64,000 bases of DNA, taken from positions 416,001-480,000 of the forward strand of contig OZ242214.1 of assembly GCA_965206595.1 (NCBI GenBank), read 5' to 3'. Both the position numbers and the translations under genes were made by a program. This DNA is from Candidatus Latescibacterota bacterium (lineage in GTDB: Bacteria > Latescibacterota > UBA2968 > UBA8231). Shown here in pieces: positions 1-10,771 of the stretch. The notes beneath the pieces were generated by a model. The model made no database searches. It was not told the DNA's origin and saw only the letters and a list, made by a program, of their open reading frames with translations. Each line of letters begins with the position of its first letter. Within the stretch, counting starts at the first letter, position 1.

Positions 1-270
1 GGTGGGCTGGAGTGCCTGGCATCGTTCTCGAAGGAGGCCCGGCTCGGGCTCGGGTGCATCGACCACTGCGACCGCGAGATCGAGACCCCGGAGCGGGTGG
101 CGTCGCGGGTCGAGGAGGCGATGAAGTACGTCGACAAGGAGCGCATCGTCCTGCATCCGGACTGCGGCTTCTCGCCGTCGGTGCAGAACCCGATGGACCT
201 GGACGAGGCCTACCTGAAGCTGACGGCCATGTGCCGGGGGGCGGAGCTGCTGCGCTCGCGCCACGGGTAG
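1..270 (+). CDS. 3' end of cobalamin-independent methionine synthase II family protein (partial, begins before window)
   Basis: Frame 1 reads ...LGLGCIDHCDREIETPERVASRVEEAMKYVDKERIVLHPDCGFS...LKLTAMCRGAELLR, stop TAG at 268-270. ETPE and PDCG are MetE C-terminal domain motifs. Confidence 0.85.
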   Translation, partial: GGLECLASFSKEARLGLGCIDHCDREIETPERVASRVEEAMKYVDKERIVLHPDCGFSPSVQNPMDLDEAYLKLTAMCRGAELLRSRHG

Positions 271-296
271 GGGCCGGCGCGGGCCCCGGCAGCGGT

Positions 297-1029
297 TCAA
301 CCCCGGCTCGCCGGCACTCCCAGAACCCGCAGGATTTCCCCGGCCGTCCAGACTCCGGATCTCGACGGCGAGCCCCGGATCCGGACAGTCGCGCCGGTAG
401 CGGTTGAGCCATCCCGCGGCCATCCCGCTCCCCAGGACGCCGAGGACGTCGTTCTCCCAGGAATCCCCGACCATCGTCACCCGTTCCGGGGCCACGCCCA
501 GCCCGGAGAGGGCGTGCCGGAAGATCGCCGGGTCCGGCTTGGCCGCTCCCACCTCCTCCGAAATCGCCAGGGTGTCGAGGTCGTCGGGGCGGATGTCGCA
601 GAACCCGAGCTTGTCCCGCTGCCGCGCCGACGGGCCGTTGGTGACCACGCCGATCCTCACCCGTCCCCGCAGGGCCTCGAGCAGCTCCGGGACCCCCGGC
701 ACCAGGCGCGGGTTCGACAGTTGCTCGCGCGCGTACGCCGCCGCCGCCTCGGCAATCGTCGCTTCGTCCGCCTGCACCCCGTAGCGGCCGCAGATGCCGC
801 GCATGCGTTCGAGGCGGGCTTCGTCGTCCGACAGGCTGCCGTCGAGGGTGCGCAGATAGTTGGCGTGAAGCTGCTCGTCGTGGACGAGCTCCAGCTCCTC
901 GAGCGGCACCGGCGCCAGCCCCGGCAGCAGCTCCTGGACCGCGCGCAGCCCGTGCCGGCGCGAGTACTGGAAATCGATCAGCGTGTCGTCGAGATCGAAG
1001 AGGACGGCCTGGACGGCCGGAGAGCTCAT
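297..1029 (-). pseudogene. HAD-family hydrolase with 1-nt frameshift near the C-terminus (~345); pseudogene or sequence error
   Basis: Own translation from ATG 1029: MSSPAVQAVLFDLDDTL...VVTNG...KPDPAIF...MVGDSWENDV (HAD motifs I-IV). The natural-looking end EILRVLGVPASRG* (TGA 297-299) lies in another frame. Not listed in the ORF track. Confidence 0.8.
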
Positions 1030-1292
1030 GGGCCGTTCGCTCCCAACGCCGTCCTGCCGGTCCGGTGTGGGAAGGGGTGCCCGAAGGTCAGCGGATTCTG
1101 CTGGAACTCGCCCCGTCCCGAATCTCCGGCCAGCGCCTCCGAACCCCCGGAAAGCCCGGGCTCGCGGTTGCGAATCAGCCCGGAGTGGCGGTCGACCGCC
1201 TCGTTGGCGCGCTGCAGCTGGCCGCCGGCGAGCACCCTCTCGAGGACGACGTATCCCCACAGGTCGAAGAGAAACGCCTCTTTTTCCGTCAT
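1026..1292 (-). pseudogene. Truncated phytanoyl-CoA dioxygenase (PhyH)-family N-terminal fragment
   Basis: MTEKEAFLFDLWGYVVLERVL is a typical PhyH N-terminus. It stops after 88 aa, without the HxD...H triad. Confidence 0.55.
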
Positions 1293-1441
1293 CCTTGCAC
1301 CGGACCGGTTTTCAGGTTGGCCGTGGCCGGGGGCCTGCGGCGAAGCAGCATCCCCCTGTTTTTTCAATCTCATTTTATCAATCCTCGGGGGGCCGGTTCC
1401 TTTCCCTTCGCCCGTTCCCTCTACACCCACGGCTTCCCCGC

Positions 1442-2155
1442 TCAGCCGAAGAAATCCTCCCGGTGCGCCCGCAGGTCGATCTCGAAGGCCCAGGCGCCGG
1501 GCTTCTGGTTCGCCAGGTTCCAGTAGGTTTCGGCCACCGCGTCGGTGTCCATCACCGGCTCGTCCGCGTCGACGCCGGCCTCGCGCAGCTGCGGGGTGTC
1601 GAGCAGGCCGTCGATGATCACGTGGGCGACGTGCACCCCCTGCGGCCAGAGCTCGCGCGCCAGCGACCAGGCGAGCCCGCGCACCGCGAACTTGGCGCTG
1701 CTGAAGGCAAGGGCGCCCGCGCGGCCGCGGATGCTCGAGGTCGCCCCGGTGAACAGGATCGCCCCGGAACCCCTCGCCGCCATCGGGCCTGCCGCCTCCT
1801 TGCTGCACAGGAAGGAGCCGAGGGCGCAGACCCGCCAGGAGCGCTCGAACTCCGCCGCGGTCAGCCTGTCGAAATCCCCCCAGGCGGCGTTGCCGGCGTG
1901 GTTGATCAGCACGTCGACCTCTCCCAGCTCTTCGCGCACCCTGGCGAAGGCGTCGCCGACCTGCGCCGGGTCGGTGACGTCCGCGGCGATGGCCAGCGAG
2001 TCCCTGCCCGCTTCGCGCAGTTGCTGCGCCAGGCTGTTGATGAAACCGGACGACCGCGCCAGCAGCGCGGTGTCGTACCCCTCGTCGGCGAACCTGACCG
2101 CCAGAGACGCTCCCAGACCGGAGCCGACGCCGGAGATTACCGCTGTCTTTGCCAT
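1442..2155 (-). CDS. Short-chain dehydrogenase/reductase (SDR)
   Basis: MAKTAVISGVGSGLG Rossmann motif, INHAGN, FSSAKF (F at the usual YxxxK position), HVAHVIIDG. Confidence 0.9.
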   Translation of the reverse strand: MAKTAVISGVGSGLGASLAVRFADEGYDTALLARSSGFINSLAQQLREAGRDSLAIAADVTDPAQVGDAFARVREELGEVDVLINHAGNAAWGDFDRLTAAEFERSWRVCALGSFLCSKEAAGPMAARGSGAILFTGATSSIRGRAGALAFSSAKFAVRGLAWSLARELWPQGVHVAHVIIDGLLDTPQLREAGVDADEPVMDTDAVAETYWNLANQKPGAWAFEIDLRAHREDFFG

Positions 2156-2313
2156 GTCGTCCTTTCCGTGAACTCCGTTGCAGATCATCCGGGCGGCCGC
2201 CCCGGCGTCCAGGATGTACCGCCTGCAGGAGCGGCTTCCAGGCTTCCCTGTCCTTGGAACGGTGCCGGGCGGTTGCGTAGCATAGGTGGAAAGCTGAACG
2301 GGGAGCAACCGGA

Positions 2314-3769
2314 TTGCAGGATGACAGGCTGGCGATAGGGATCGACGCCGGGACCGGAGGCGTGCGCGCCCTCGCGGTCTTGGCGTCGGGGGAGGTCGCC
2401 GCGGCCGCGAAGCAACCTTTCCCGCCGCTGCGCAGGGGGCTGCCCCGAGGCTGGCACGAGCAGGACCCGGAGTCCTGGTGGAAGGCTGCGCAGGCATGCC
2501 TCGCCGAGGTCGCCGGGCTGCTCGGAAAGCGGGCGGAGGCAATCGCGGTCCTGGCGGTCGACGGCACCTCGGGAACACTCGTCTGCCTGAACGGCGCCGG
2601 TGAAGCGGTGCGTCCCGCGCTGATGTACAACGACGCCCGCGCCGGCGCCGAGGCGGAGGAGCTGTGCGCGCTCGCGGCCGACCACTGCCGCCGCCACGGG
2701 TACCGCTTCTCCTCATCCTTTGCCGCGGCCCGGATCCTCTGGCTGCTGCGTCACGAGCCGGAAACGGTCGCGGCGACGCGCTGGTTCTGTCACCAGGCCG
2801 ACTACATCGCCGCGCGCCTGTGCGGCCGCTGCGGAGTCAGCGACTACAGCAACGCCCTGAAGACGGGGTACGATCTCTTCGAAGAGCGCTGGCCGGACTG
2901 GGTCGACGCCTGTGGCGGGATGCGGGAGAGGCTGCCGGAGGTGGTGGCTCCGACAGCCCGCCTCGGCGAGCTGTCGCCCGCGGCCGCTGCCGCCACCGGG
3001 CTGCCGGCAGCGGCCGAGGTAGTCGCCGGGGCCACCGACGGCACCGCGGCATTCATCGCCTCAGGGGCCCACCTTCCGGGGGATGACAACACCACTCGGG
3101 ACGACCTTGGTCTTCAAGCGCCTCGCTTCCCGCCCCGCGGCCTCCCCGGACGGATTGGTGTACAGTCACAAGCTGCCGGGCGGGTACTGGCTGCCCGGCG
3201 CCGCCAGCAATACCGGGGGGGAGTGGATCGGGGTCCAGTTCCCGCGGCAGGATCCGGCTGCGCTCGACCGGCAGGCGGCGTCCCTGCTTCCGAGCCATCT
3301 CGTCGCATACCCCCTGGCGCGCACCGGGGAGCGGTTCCCGTTCGCCTGTGCCGGGGCCGAGGGGTTCTGCGATCCCGAGCCGGCCTCCTCCCTGGAGCGG
3401 TACGCCGCCAACCTGCAGGGAGCGGCCTTCACCGAGCGCCTGGCGTACGAGGTGCTCGACGCCGCGGCCAGGGCCGGCGACGGCTCCGTGTACGCGACCG
3501 GGGCCGCGGCGCGGAGCGACGTCTGGCTGCAGCTGCGCGCCGACGCCACCGGCCGCAGCGTTCACCGGCCGGTCTGTCCGGAGTCCGCCTTCGGCAGCGC
3601 GGTCCTGGCCGCGGCGGCAATGCTAGGGGGCCTGTGGCCGGCAGCCCGGGCCATGGTGCGGACCGAGCGCACCTTCGTCCCGGACAGGGGCCGCGGCGCA
3701 GCATTGGACGAGGGCTACGCCGCCTTCAGGGAAGCGCTGGAAGAACGGGGATACCTGGAATCTGGGTGA
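2314..3769 (+). pseudogene. FGGY-family carbohydrate kinase, frameshifted at ~3094
   Basis: IGIDAGTGGVR, DGTSGT, ALMYND and GATDG in ORF 2314. The C-half LGTTLVFK...GAASNTGG...SAFGSA is in ORF 3083..3769. A single missing base at GDDNTT|LGTT joins the two. Confidence 0.85.
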
Positions 3770-3977
3770 AGGTCGAACCGGGCCGCGGCCACAGTGGACC
3801 CCTTCGCCGGGAGCGACATGGTCTGGTTCCTGGGCGCGCAGGTCCGAGGAAACCAGCGACCTGGTGCCCGTGCGTGTTAAGCGTACGAAGGAGGTGCCGA
3901 AGCTCCCGGCTCGCAAAGCGCCCGAGCGAGTCGTACCGGGGGTGTACGGCGAGCGAAGGCAACGCGGGGAGCCGGGA

Positions 3978-4038
3978 TTGAGGGGAAAAATCGCACAGAT
4001 GAAGGGGTTTGGATTGAAACCGCGATTTTTCCCCTCAA
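3978..4038. repeat. Perfect 17-bp inverted repeat within a palindromic intergenic element
   Basis: TTGAGGGGAAAAATCGC (3978-3994) / GCGATTTTTCCCCTCAA (4022-4038). Confidence 0.85.
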
Positions 4039-4141
4039 GATGCAGCGGCGGCCGAATCACGCGGAATAGTGGGCGCAGGCACTCGTTCAGACGGAGTTGC
4101 GCGCGAGGAAGCCGTCAACCCTACATCGGAGCAACGTGGAA

Positions 4142-4819
4142 ATGAGCGCCATACTCGAAGAGCTGGTGAGAACCGCGCGGGGCCTGAGCGAAAGCGGCCT
4201 CGTCACCGGGGCCGGCGGCAACGTCAGCGCCCGCGAGGGGGGCGGCATGTGGATCTCGCCGAGCGGGTTTTCCCTCGGCGAGGCCGCCGCGGCCGACTAT
4301 CCCTGCGTCGACATCGACACCGGGGAGATCGTCAGTCCCGGCAGACGCCCTTCGTCGGAGGTGCTGATGCACCTCGGGATCTACCGCGCGCGCCCCGAGC
4401 TGGAGGCCGTCATCCACACCCATCCGCGCACCGCCATCGCCCTGACCGCGGCCGGCCACGACCTGCAGCCGATGTTCGCCGACTACTACGTGTACCTCGG
4501 GCCCAAGGTGCCGCATATCGACTACGTAACCGTTACCACGCCGGAGCTGGCGGCCGCGGTCACCGCCGGGTTCGCCGACCCGGGCGTGGTCGGCATGGTG
4601 CTGCGCAACCACGGCAGCATCACCGTGGGCGCCTCGATCAAGGAGGCGCTCTACCGCAGCCTTGCCATCGAGGAACAGGCGGATATCCAGTGGCGGGCCC
4701 TGCAGGTCGGCACCCCCACCATCCTGTCGGACGAGGAGTGCGCCAGGATGGACGAGCTCGGCAGCGAGGAGTACCGCCGCAGGCTGCTGGCGGAGATGAA
4801 GACTCGGCAGGACGGCTGA
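4142..4819 (+). CDS. Class II aldolase/adducin family protein (FucA/AraD-like)
   Basis: GGNVSAR, ISPSG, PSSEVLMH, VIHTH and LRNHG metal-binding motifs. Confidence 0.9.
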   Translation: MSAILEELVRTARGLSESGLVTGAGGNVSAREGGGMWISPSGFSLGEAAAADYPCVDIDTGEIVSPGRRPSSEVLMHLGIYRARPELEAVIHTHPRTAIALTAAGHDLQPMFADYYVYLGPKVPHIDYVTVTTPELAAAVTAGFADPGVVGMVLRNHGSITVGASIKEALYRSLAIEEQADIQWRALQVGTPTILSDEECARMDELGSEEYRRRLLAEMKTRQDG

Positions 4820-4840
4820 AAACCGCGAGCGTTTTCTACC

Positions 4841-7203
4841 TTACCGCAGCAGGGTGAGCTTGCGCGTCTGGACGTTCTCGGAGGTAATCAAGCGGTACAG
4901 GTACACTCCGCTGGCCAAGGGGTGGCCCCGGTCGTCGCGACCGTTCCAGTGAACGCGATGGACACCCGCCTTCTTCGGCCCCTGGTGCAGGATCGCCACC
5001 CGCTGCCCGGTCAGGGAGAACACCTCCACTCGGGCCGCACCGGGGCGCAGCAGGAACCAGGAGATGACGGTTTTGCTGTTGAAGGGGTTGGGAGCGTTCT
5101 GCTGCAGCTGCGGACCGTCCGGAAGGCCGATCATCTCCCGGGCCAGGGCAAGGAGCTTGCCGCGGGCCGGATCCCGGAAGTGGTCGGCGAAGAGGAAGAA
5201 ATCCCCGAAATCAACTGAACCGCTGCCGTCGAGGTCGAAGCGGGGGTCGCTGCCGCCGAAGGCGTCGGCGAAGAGGAAGAAGTCGGAGAAGCCGGTCTCG
5301 CCGTCGCCGTCGAAGTCGGGTGTGGCTTCCGCGGTGCCGGTGAAGGTGACCGGGTCGAGGCCGGCCGCGGATACGGTGACGGTGTTCGTTCCCGGTTGGC
5401 TGCCCAAAGTCAGGGTGGTGGCGGCTTGGCCGTTGGCATCTGTAGTTGCGGTGGTTGCGGAGAGCATCCCGCCGCCGGCGGTGACGGAAAAGGTGGCTTC
5501 GGCCCCGGGAAACGGGTCCCCGTTCTGATCGACCACCGAAACCACCAACGGCTGGGGCAGCGAAGCCCCGGGCGCTGCCTGCTGCTCATCGCCGGAGAGC
5601 TTGGCAAGGCTTTGGGGAATCGCCTGCCCGGTGGCGATGAAGGCCGCCGGTTTCAGCTTGGCGACCCTTACCGAGACGGTGTTTGTCCCCGGCTCGCTTC
5701 CCAGGGTCAGGGTGCTGGATGCGCGTCCGTTGGCATCGGTTGTGTCGGTCGCTGTGGAGAGGGTTCCACCGCCGGCGGTGACCGTGAAGGTCACTTGGGC
5801 GCCTTCGAACGGATTGTTGATTTGATCTCGGACTACAACAACCAACGGCGCGGACAGGGCAGCTCCGGCCGGTCCCTCCTGTTTATCGCCGGAGAGCTTG
5901 GTCAGGCTTGTTGGAACCGCCTGAGCAGTGGCGCCGAAGATTACCGGTTTCAGCTCGGCGACCCTCACCGCAACTGTATTCCTTCCGGGATCACTGCCGA
6001 GGGTCAGTGTGGTGGCGGCGAGGCCGTTTTCATCGGTGGTGGCGGTGGTTGCCGAGAGCGTCCCCCCGCCCGCGGTGACCGCAAAGGTAACGGTGGCCCC
6101 GGGAAGGGGGTCCCCGTTCTGGTCCAGTACGGAAACTTCAAACGGCCGGGCCAACGTCGAGTCGGGCAATCCCTGCTGTTTGTCGCCGGAGATCTTGGTC
6201 AGGGTGCGGGGGTGGGGTAGAACAAGCTGCGTATCCCACAGCAGTACCGTGCCGTCCGGGGACCCGGAAGCGAAGAACCTTCCGTCCGACGAAAACTCCA
6301 CAACATCGACGGTACTCGCATGACCATACAGGGTGGATGCACGCGTTCCAGCCCCGATGTCCCAAAGTTCGACTGTTGGACGATTCCGGTTGTCAGAGGA
6401 TCCGAAAACGAGCATGCTTTCATCGGGTGACAATACCGCAGAGAAGATCGGGGGATTGTTAGCATTCTCGGAGAGTTTGGCAATCCTGGTGGCCGTTGCC
6501 AGATCCCACAACTCGGCTGTCCCATCCCAGATTCCCCCTATAGCAATGGGCGTCATTTCGGGCGAAAACGATATGGAGAGTATCCAATCGGTATCCAAAT
6601 TAAAGGTCGCGGTCCTGGTACCGGTCGCCACGTCCCAAAGCCTGATCTTCGGATCTGACGCCCCCGGGAAAATTATCGCGTCACCGGAAGCGAGAATTGT
6701 CCCATCAGGAGAAAACACCACGGATGGGGCATAGGTATGGCCCTCGAGAGTGGCCGTTCTGGCGCCCGTGGCCACGTCCCACAAACTGGCCGTTAGGTTG
6801 TAATGACCCGTAGCAATCGTCGTCCCATCGGGGGAAAGTGCTACAGAGCTCACACCGTTTCTGTGTCCATGCGTTTCCAGGGTGACGACACCGGCGCCGG
6901 TGGTCACGTCCCACAGCCTGACCGTGCCATCCGAAGATCCTGAAGCCAGGATGGTCCCATCGGGGGAAAATACCAGGCTGTTGATCCTGTGGGTATGCCC
7001 CTTCAATACGGCGGTATTGTTTCCCGTCGTCACGTCCCCCAGCCTGATCGTCCCAAAACCATATCCCGAAGCGAGGGTTGTCCCGTCGGGTGAGAGCGCC
7101 AGGGACCAGATCATCCCCGTATGCCCCTTCCCGACGATGCTGGCGTTGCCGGTGGCCACCTCCCACAGCTTGACGGTTCCATCCGCCGACCCGAATGCAA
7201 GGG
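4841..7203 (-). pseudogene. C-terminal half of a secreted WD40 / Big-1 Ig-like / EF-hand-dockerin-like protein with PNPFN (FlgD/T9SS-like) C-terminal domain; 5'-truncated
   Basis: Multiple GH...FSPDG..LASGS.DGTVRLWD repeats, three Ig-like repeats (SGDKQ...TTDxNG), DFDGDG/DLDGSG motifs and QNAPNPFN...SGVYLYRL...KLTLLR. The frame opens mid-WD40 (LAFGSADGTVKLWEVA) at ~7203 with no signal peptide. Confidence 0.8.
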
Positions 7204-7988
7204 GAATTATATAGATAACTACGCAAGCGCAACTTTCGTAAACCCATCCGCGAATTTAAAGAAAATCTGGTATAATATAGTAGAGAAAATACCAGAGAGA
7301 AGGACATCCAGGTCCTCAAGTGTTTAGCCCGGAAACTCGGAAGCATGTCAGATTGACACCACGGGTTAAGCCGCTGGGGTGAGGAATCATTCCGTTTGGT
7401 TGACAAGTTCACAAAGCAAACTGAATCTAATTGCTGGGTCGGCGTGCGATACTGCCGGGAGGCAACTGGCAGCAGGTTGTCATCTTGCTGACCATTCGGA
7501 AGGATTCTCTGCTTCCCAGGTGCAGCCTGATCTTTATGCGCAAGACGGGTATTCTCCTTCGGAGAATACTGACGGGACGCAGGGGGCAGCGGTTGTCACC
7601 TTGCTGACTTTTCGGAAGGATTCGCCCTCCCTCCACCGATGATGAGTGAAGGGAGTCGGAGGGACCTCCGTCTCCACAAGATCCCGGTGCGTTAGCCGTT
7701 TCTTCATCATCCGCGCCGTCAAATACCTCATCTGCTCCTCGGAGTCCAGGTGGCGGATATTGTACCTGCCTGCGAACTCGTTGAGGTATCGGGGCAAATA
7801 CTTCGGAGATACGTGGCGATACCCGTGATAGGTTCCTTTCGCCAGAGCATTAAACGATTCCGCACGGTTCGTTCCGGGGCGGCTCTGACGTATTCACCTT
7901 TTTTGTGGTTTACGGATTCGTGCCTGCTGGCCCATCCGAAATCGGAATAGGAACTGAACTCGTCGCTGTATAGGATTCCATTCTTTTT

Positions 7989-9452
7989 GGCTATATCCGG
8001 GTTTTTCAAAGGACATTTTATAGCATGTACAGAGAGAGATATTGAGTGATTCACACGGTACGGAATCGGGCCGGAATCTGCGCAGGGATATCGAGGTCTC
8101 CGACGCACAGGTAAATGAGGTCGGCAAAGGCATCCAGAGATTTAAATCCACTGGCTCGATTCTTGACCATGCGGATGATTCGATTGAGCCCTTCGGCGGC
8201 GGCGTTGGTCAGGTGCGTGTCGACGAAGGCCGTGATGCCGGCCGCATGCTTGCGCACCGTGTTGACGAACCTGCGCAGGGGCTCCAGGCGGCTGCGCAGG
8301 GCCGCCGTCGTCCACTTCTTGAGGAAGCGTTCGGCGGCCCAGCGCGCCTTGTAGCGCCAGAAGTGCTCGAACTCGTCCTTCAGGCGCCAGGCGCGGTAGA
8401 TGCGGCGGTTGGCCTTCTCCAGGGTTTGGAGCGTGCGCCGGTCCTTTGGCGAGCGCCGGGCGGAGTGATGCAGCAGCACCCAGCGCAGGCCCTTGAGCAG
8501 CTTGCGGTCCTCGCCGCAGGCTTGCCGCCACTGTTCCTTGCGCACCTCGTCGACGGCTTCGTTGAGGGCCTTGACGACGTGGAATCGGTCCAGGACGAGC
8601 TGGGCGTTGGGGCCGTGCTGGCGGATGGCGCCGATGAAGGTCTCGCTCATATCGCAGCAGGCCCAGCGGATACGGGCCTTCCGGAAGGCGCTGAGATGGT
8701 CCCGGAAGAACGTATCGATCGTTTCGCGGGCCTTGCCCTTGCCGATCCAGACGACACAGGAGCGCTCCAGGTCGTAGACCAGGGTGGCGTATTTATGGCC
8801 CTTGGCGTAGGAGATCTCGTCGATGCCGAGGGTCGTCAGCGCGCGGATGCGATGGCCTGTACGCCGGCGCTCGATGAGCCGGTGCACCTGGTCGGACAGG
8901 GTCGAAGGAGCCAGGCCCAGCAAGCGCGCGGCGGTGACCTGCGGCATCCACTGGCAGTAGGTCAGCAGCAGGTATTCGAAGCGGTAGCTGACCCGGGCCG
9001 AGGGCGCTGCCCAGGGCACCTCCTCGACGTGCCGGCCGTGGGTCGGACAGCGGATCTCTCGAGGGCGGTGGTACAACCAGACGGTACGGCCGCAAATGCG
9101 GACGTCGCGCCAGCGGCGGGGCTCCATGACCTGTACGATCTTGCCCCGGCGCCCACACTCGGGACACCGGCACCCGTTCCTTTGGGGCTTCACCGCGACC
9201 ACGACGGCCGCTTCCTCCCCGTGTCCTTCGAACCACACGCCCACAGCGCCAAACCCCTTGAACTTGAACAGCTTGGAGACGAACTTCATAGCGGTCATAG
9301 GTCGCCTTCCCTTCCCTTTCCTGGGGAGTGCTTGATGGGGATACACCAAGCATAGGGAACGACCTATGGCCTTGTCATGTACTCAGATGAACAGCAAGGG
9401 CTCAGGTACTTTCCGTACTTACGTTTCGGCGTTGAAAAACCCGGATAGACCC
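7989..9452 (-). mobile_element. ISL3-family insertion sequence with 21-bp TIRs and 8-bp target duplication
   Basis: Left end GGCTATATCCGGGTTTTTCAA (7989-8009). Right end TTGAAAAACCCGGATAGACCC (9432-9452). TTCTTTTT is duplicated at 7981-7988 and 9453-9460. Confidence 0.92.
8051..9298 (-). CDS. ISL3-family transposase
   Basis: CPECG/CPTHG zinc finger, LGIDEISYAKGHKY, CCDM, VLDRFHV and TNAAAEGLN DDE motifs. Confidence 0.92.
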   Translation of the reverse strand: MTAMKFVSKLFKFKGFGAVGVWFEGHGEEAAVVVAVKPQRNGCRCPECGRRGKIVQVMEPRRWRDVRICGRTVWLYHRPREIRCPTHGRHVEEVPWAAPSARVSYRFEYLLLTYCQWMPQVTAARLLGLAPSTLSDQVHRLIERRRTGHRIRALTTLGIDEISYAKGHKYATLVYDLERSCVVWIGKGKARETIDTFFRDHLSAFRKARIRWACCDMSETFIGAIRQHGPNAQLVLDRFHVVKALNEAVDEVRKEQWRQACGEDRKLLKGLRWVLLHHSARRSPKDRRTLQTLEKANRRIYRAWRLKDEFEHFWRYKARWAAERFLKKWTTAALRSRLEPLRRFVNTVRKHAAGITAFVDTHLTNAAAEGLNRIIRMVKNRASGFKSLDAFADLIYLCVGDLDIPAQIPARFRTV

Positions 9453-10669
9453 TTCTTTTTCAGGTTTTTCCTTACGATGGGGAGCAAGGTCTTGCCCTTC
9501 CTGTCGGGGGTCACCTCGGTGGCTACCCTGCCGGTTTCCCGGCAGCATACTACGACCCCGATACTCACGCCCTTCTGCCAGTTGCCGTCAAACTTCTTGT
9601 TGAGGTGCCTGTTTTTATCCTTTCCCCCGAAAAAGGTTTCGTCTATTTCAACGGCGCTGCTGTTGAGGCTTTCCTGTTCTCCCCACCCTTCCCGGATGCG
9701 ATGCAGCATGAACAATGCCGACGAATACGCAAGGCCGAGGTCGCGGGCAAGCTGCCTGGCGCTGATTCCCTTCGGGCGGGACAGGTGCAGGTGGATGCCG
9801 ATGGCCCATATCTGCAAGGGGATCTTGGAGTGAGACATCACCGTTTTCGTGCGAACGCTGAATCGCTTTCGGCAGTCGCCGCACCAATACGGCTGGGGTT
9901 TGCGGTTAGGGCATTCCGTTATCATGCCGTAGCAGCCCCAATGCGGGCAGTGTATGTTGACGGGAAGGCCGTCTACCGTCTTCCCCCATCTGAGTTCTTC
10001 AAACCATTTTTCCGCTGTTTCATCATCTGGAAACATTCTGAATAATTCGATTAAGGATAAACTTTTACCATTCTTCACTCCGATTACCTTCGGGCCGTGG
10101 AATACCGAACTTGAGACCAGCGGCCCTCATAAAATATTGTGATTCACGCTCCCATAGGATTCCTTTCGGTTAGTGGGATGGTGACTCTGTCGGTGTTCGC
10201 CGACAGAAGGGACTGAGGAAGCGGCAGCGGATGCTGAGGGCTTCCTCTTCGAATTACCATTATTGTACCTGGATTTTCTAAAAAAAAAATCGGCTTGCAG
10301 GAAATTTCCATAAAGCTCGTAACGGCGAGGGCGAACTTTAGTTTCTGGAAGCGGGAGAGGGGGTGTGGCAGGGGAGGCAAGGAGGTCGGCGGTGGATGCA
10401 GGAAGGCCTGATTCAAGGGGGGATGAGCATCCAGACGGTTCCTTCAGGAGCTGGAGCCGGGGTGTGGCTTTTGCGGGGTAGGTCCTGGGGGGAGGGGATT
10501 GCGGGGCTGCAAGCCCGGTGTCGCTGGAGGTCTCAGTCCGGATCGGCGTTACCTAAAAAGGATTCAGGAACTGCGGGTCGAGGTGGCGCTGAGGGATACG
10601 ACCTGGTGCTTCGCCGACGAGGGAATCTTCATCCCTTTGGAGAAACGTCTGCTATCAGCGCCGCTACAT

Positions 10670-10752
10670 GAACGGCATGACCCAGCTGCGCGGCCTGAAC
10701 AACTACCCCGAGCAGGAGGCGAGTATCAGGGAATTACCATCAACTGTGTACA
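10670..10752. repeat. ~80-bp direct repeat, copy 1 (copy 2 at 12134-12214)
   Basis: Shared cores CTGAACAACTACCCCGAGCAGG and TCAGGGAATTACCATCA, ending in TGTACA. Confidence 0.85.
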
Positions 10753-10771
10753 TCCATAGGACTATCGAAAC

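Larger units (their letters stand above)
7534..10078 (-). pseudogene. IS1595-family (ISXO2-like DDE) transposase, interrupted by ISL3 and frameshifted
   Basis: N-half 9453-10078 has a Zn ribbon (CPHWGC...CGDC) and VEIDETFFGGK. The C-half resumes at 7988 with NGILYSDE...VNHKKGEYVR, then ESFNALAKGTYHGYRHVSPKYLPRYLNEF in a shifted frame. Confidence 0.85.

Noticed and set aside
7468-7623. Possible mini CRISPR array
   Set aside because: Only two imperfect repeats, a 77-bp spacer and no cas genes; kept only as a repeat finding.
10350-10500. G-rich tract as a G-quadruplex or functional element
   Set aside because: Irregular G-runs in decayed intergenic DNA, with no supporting conservation.
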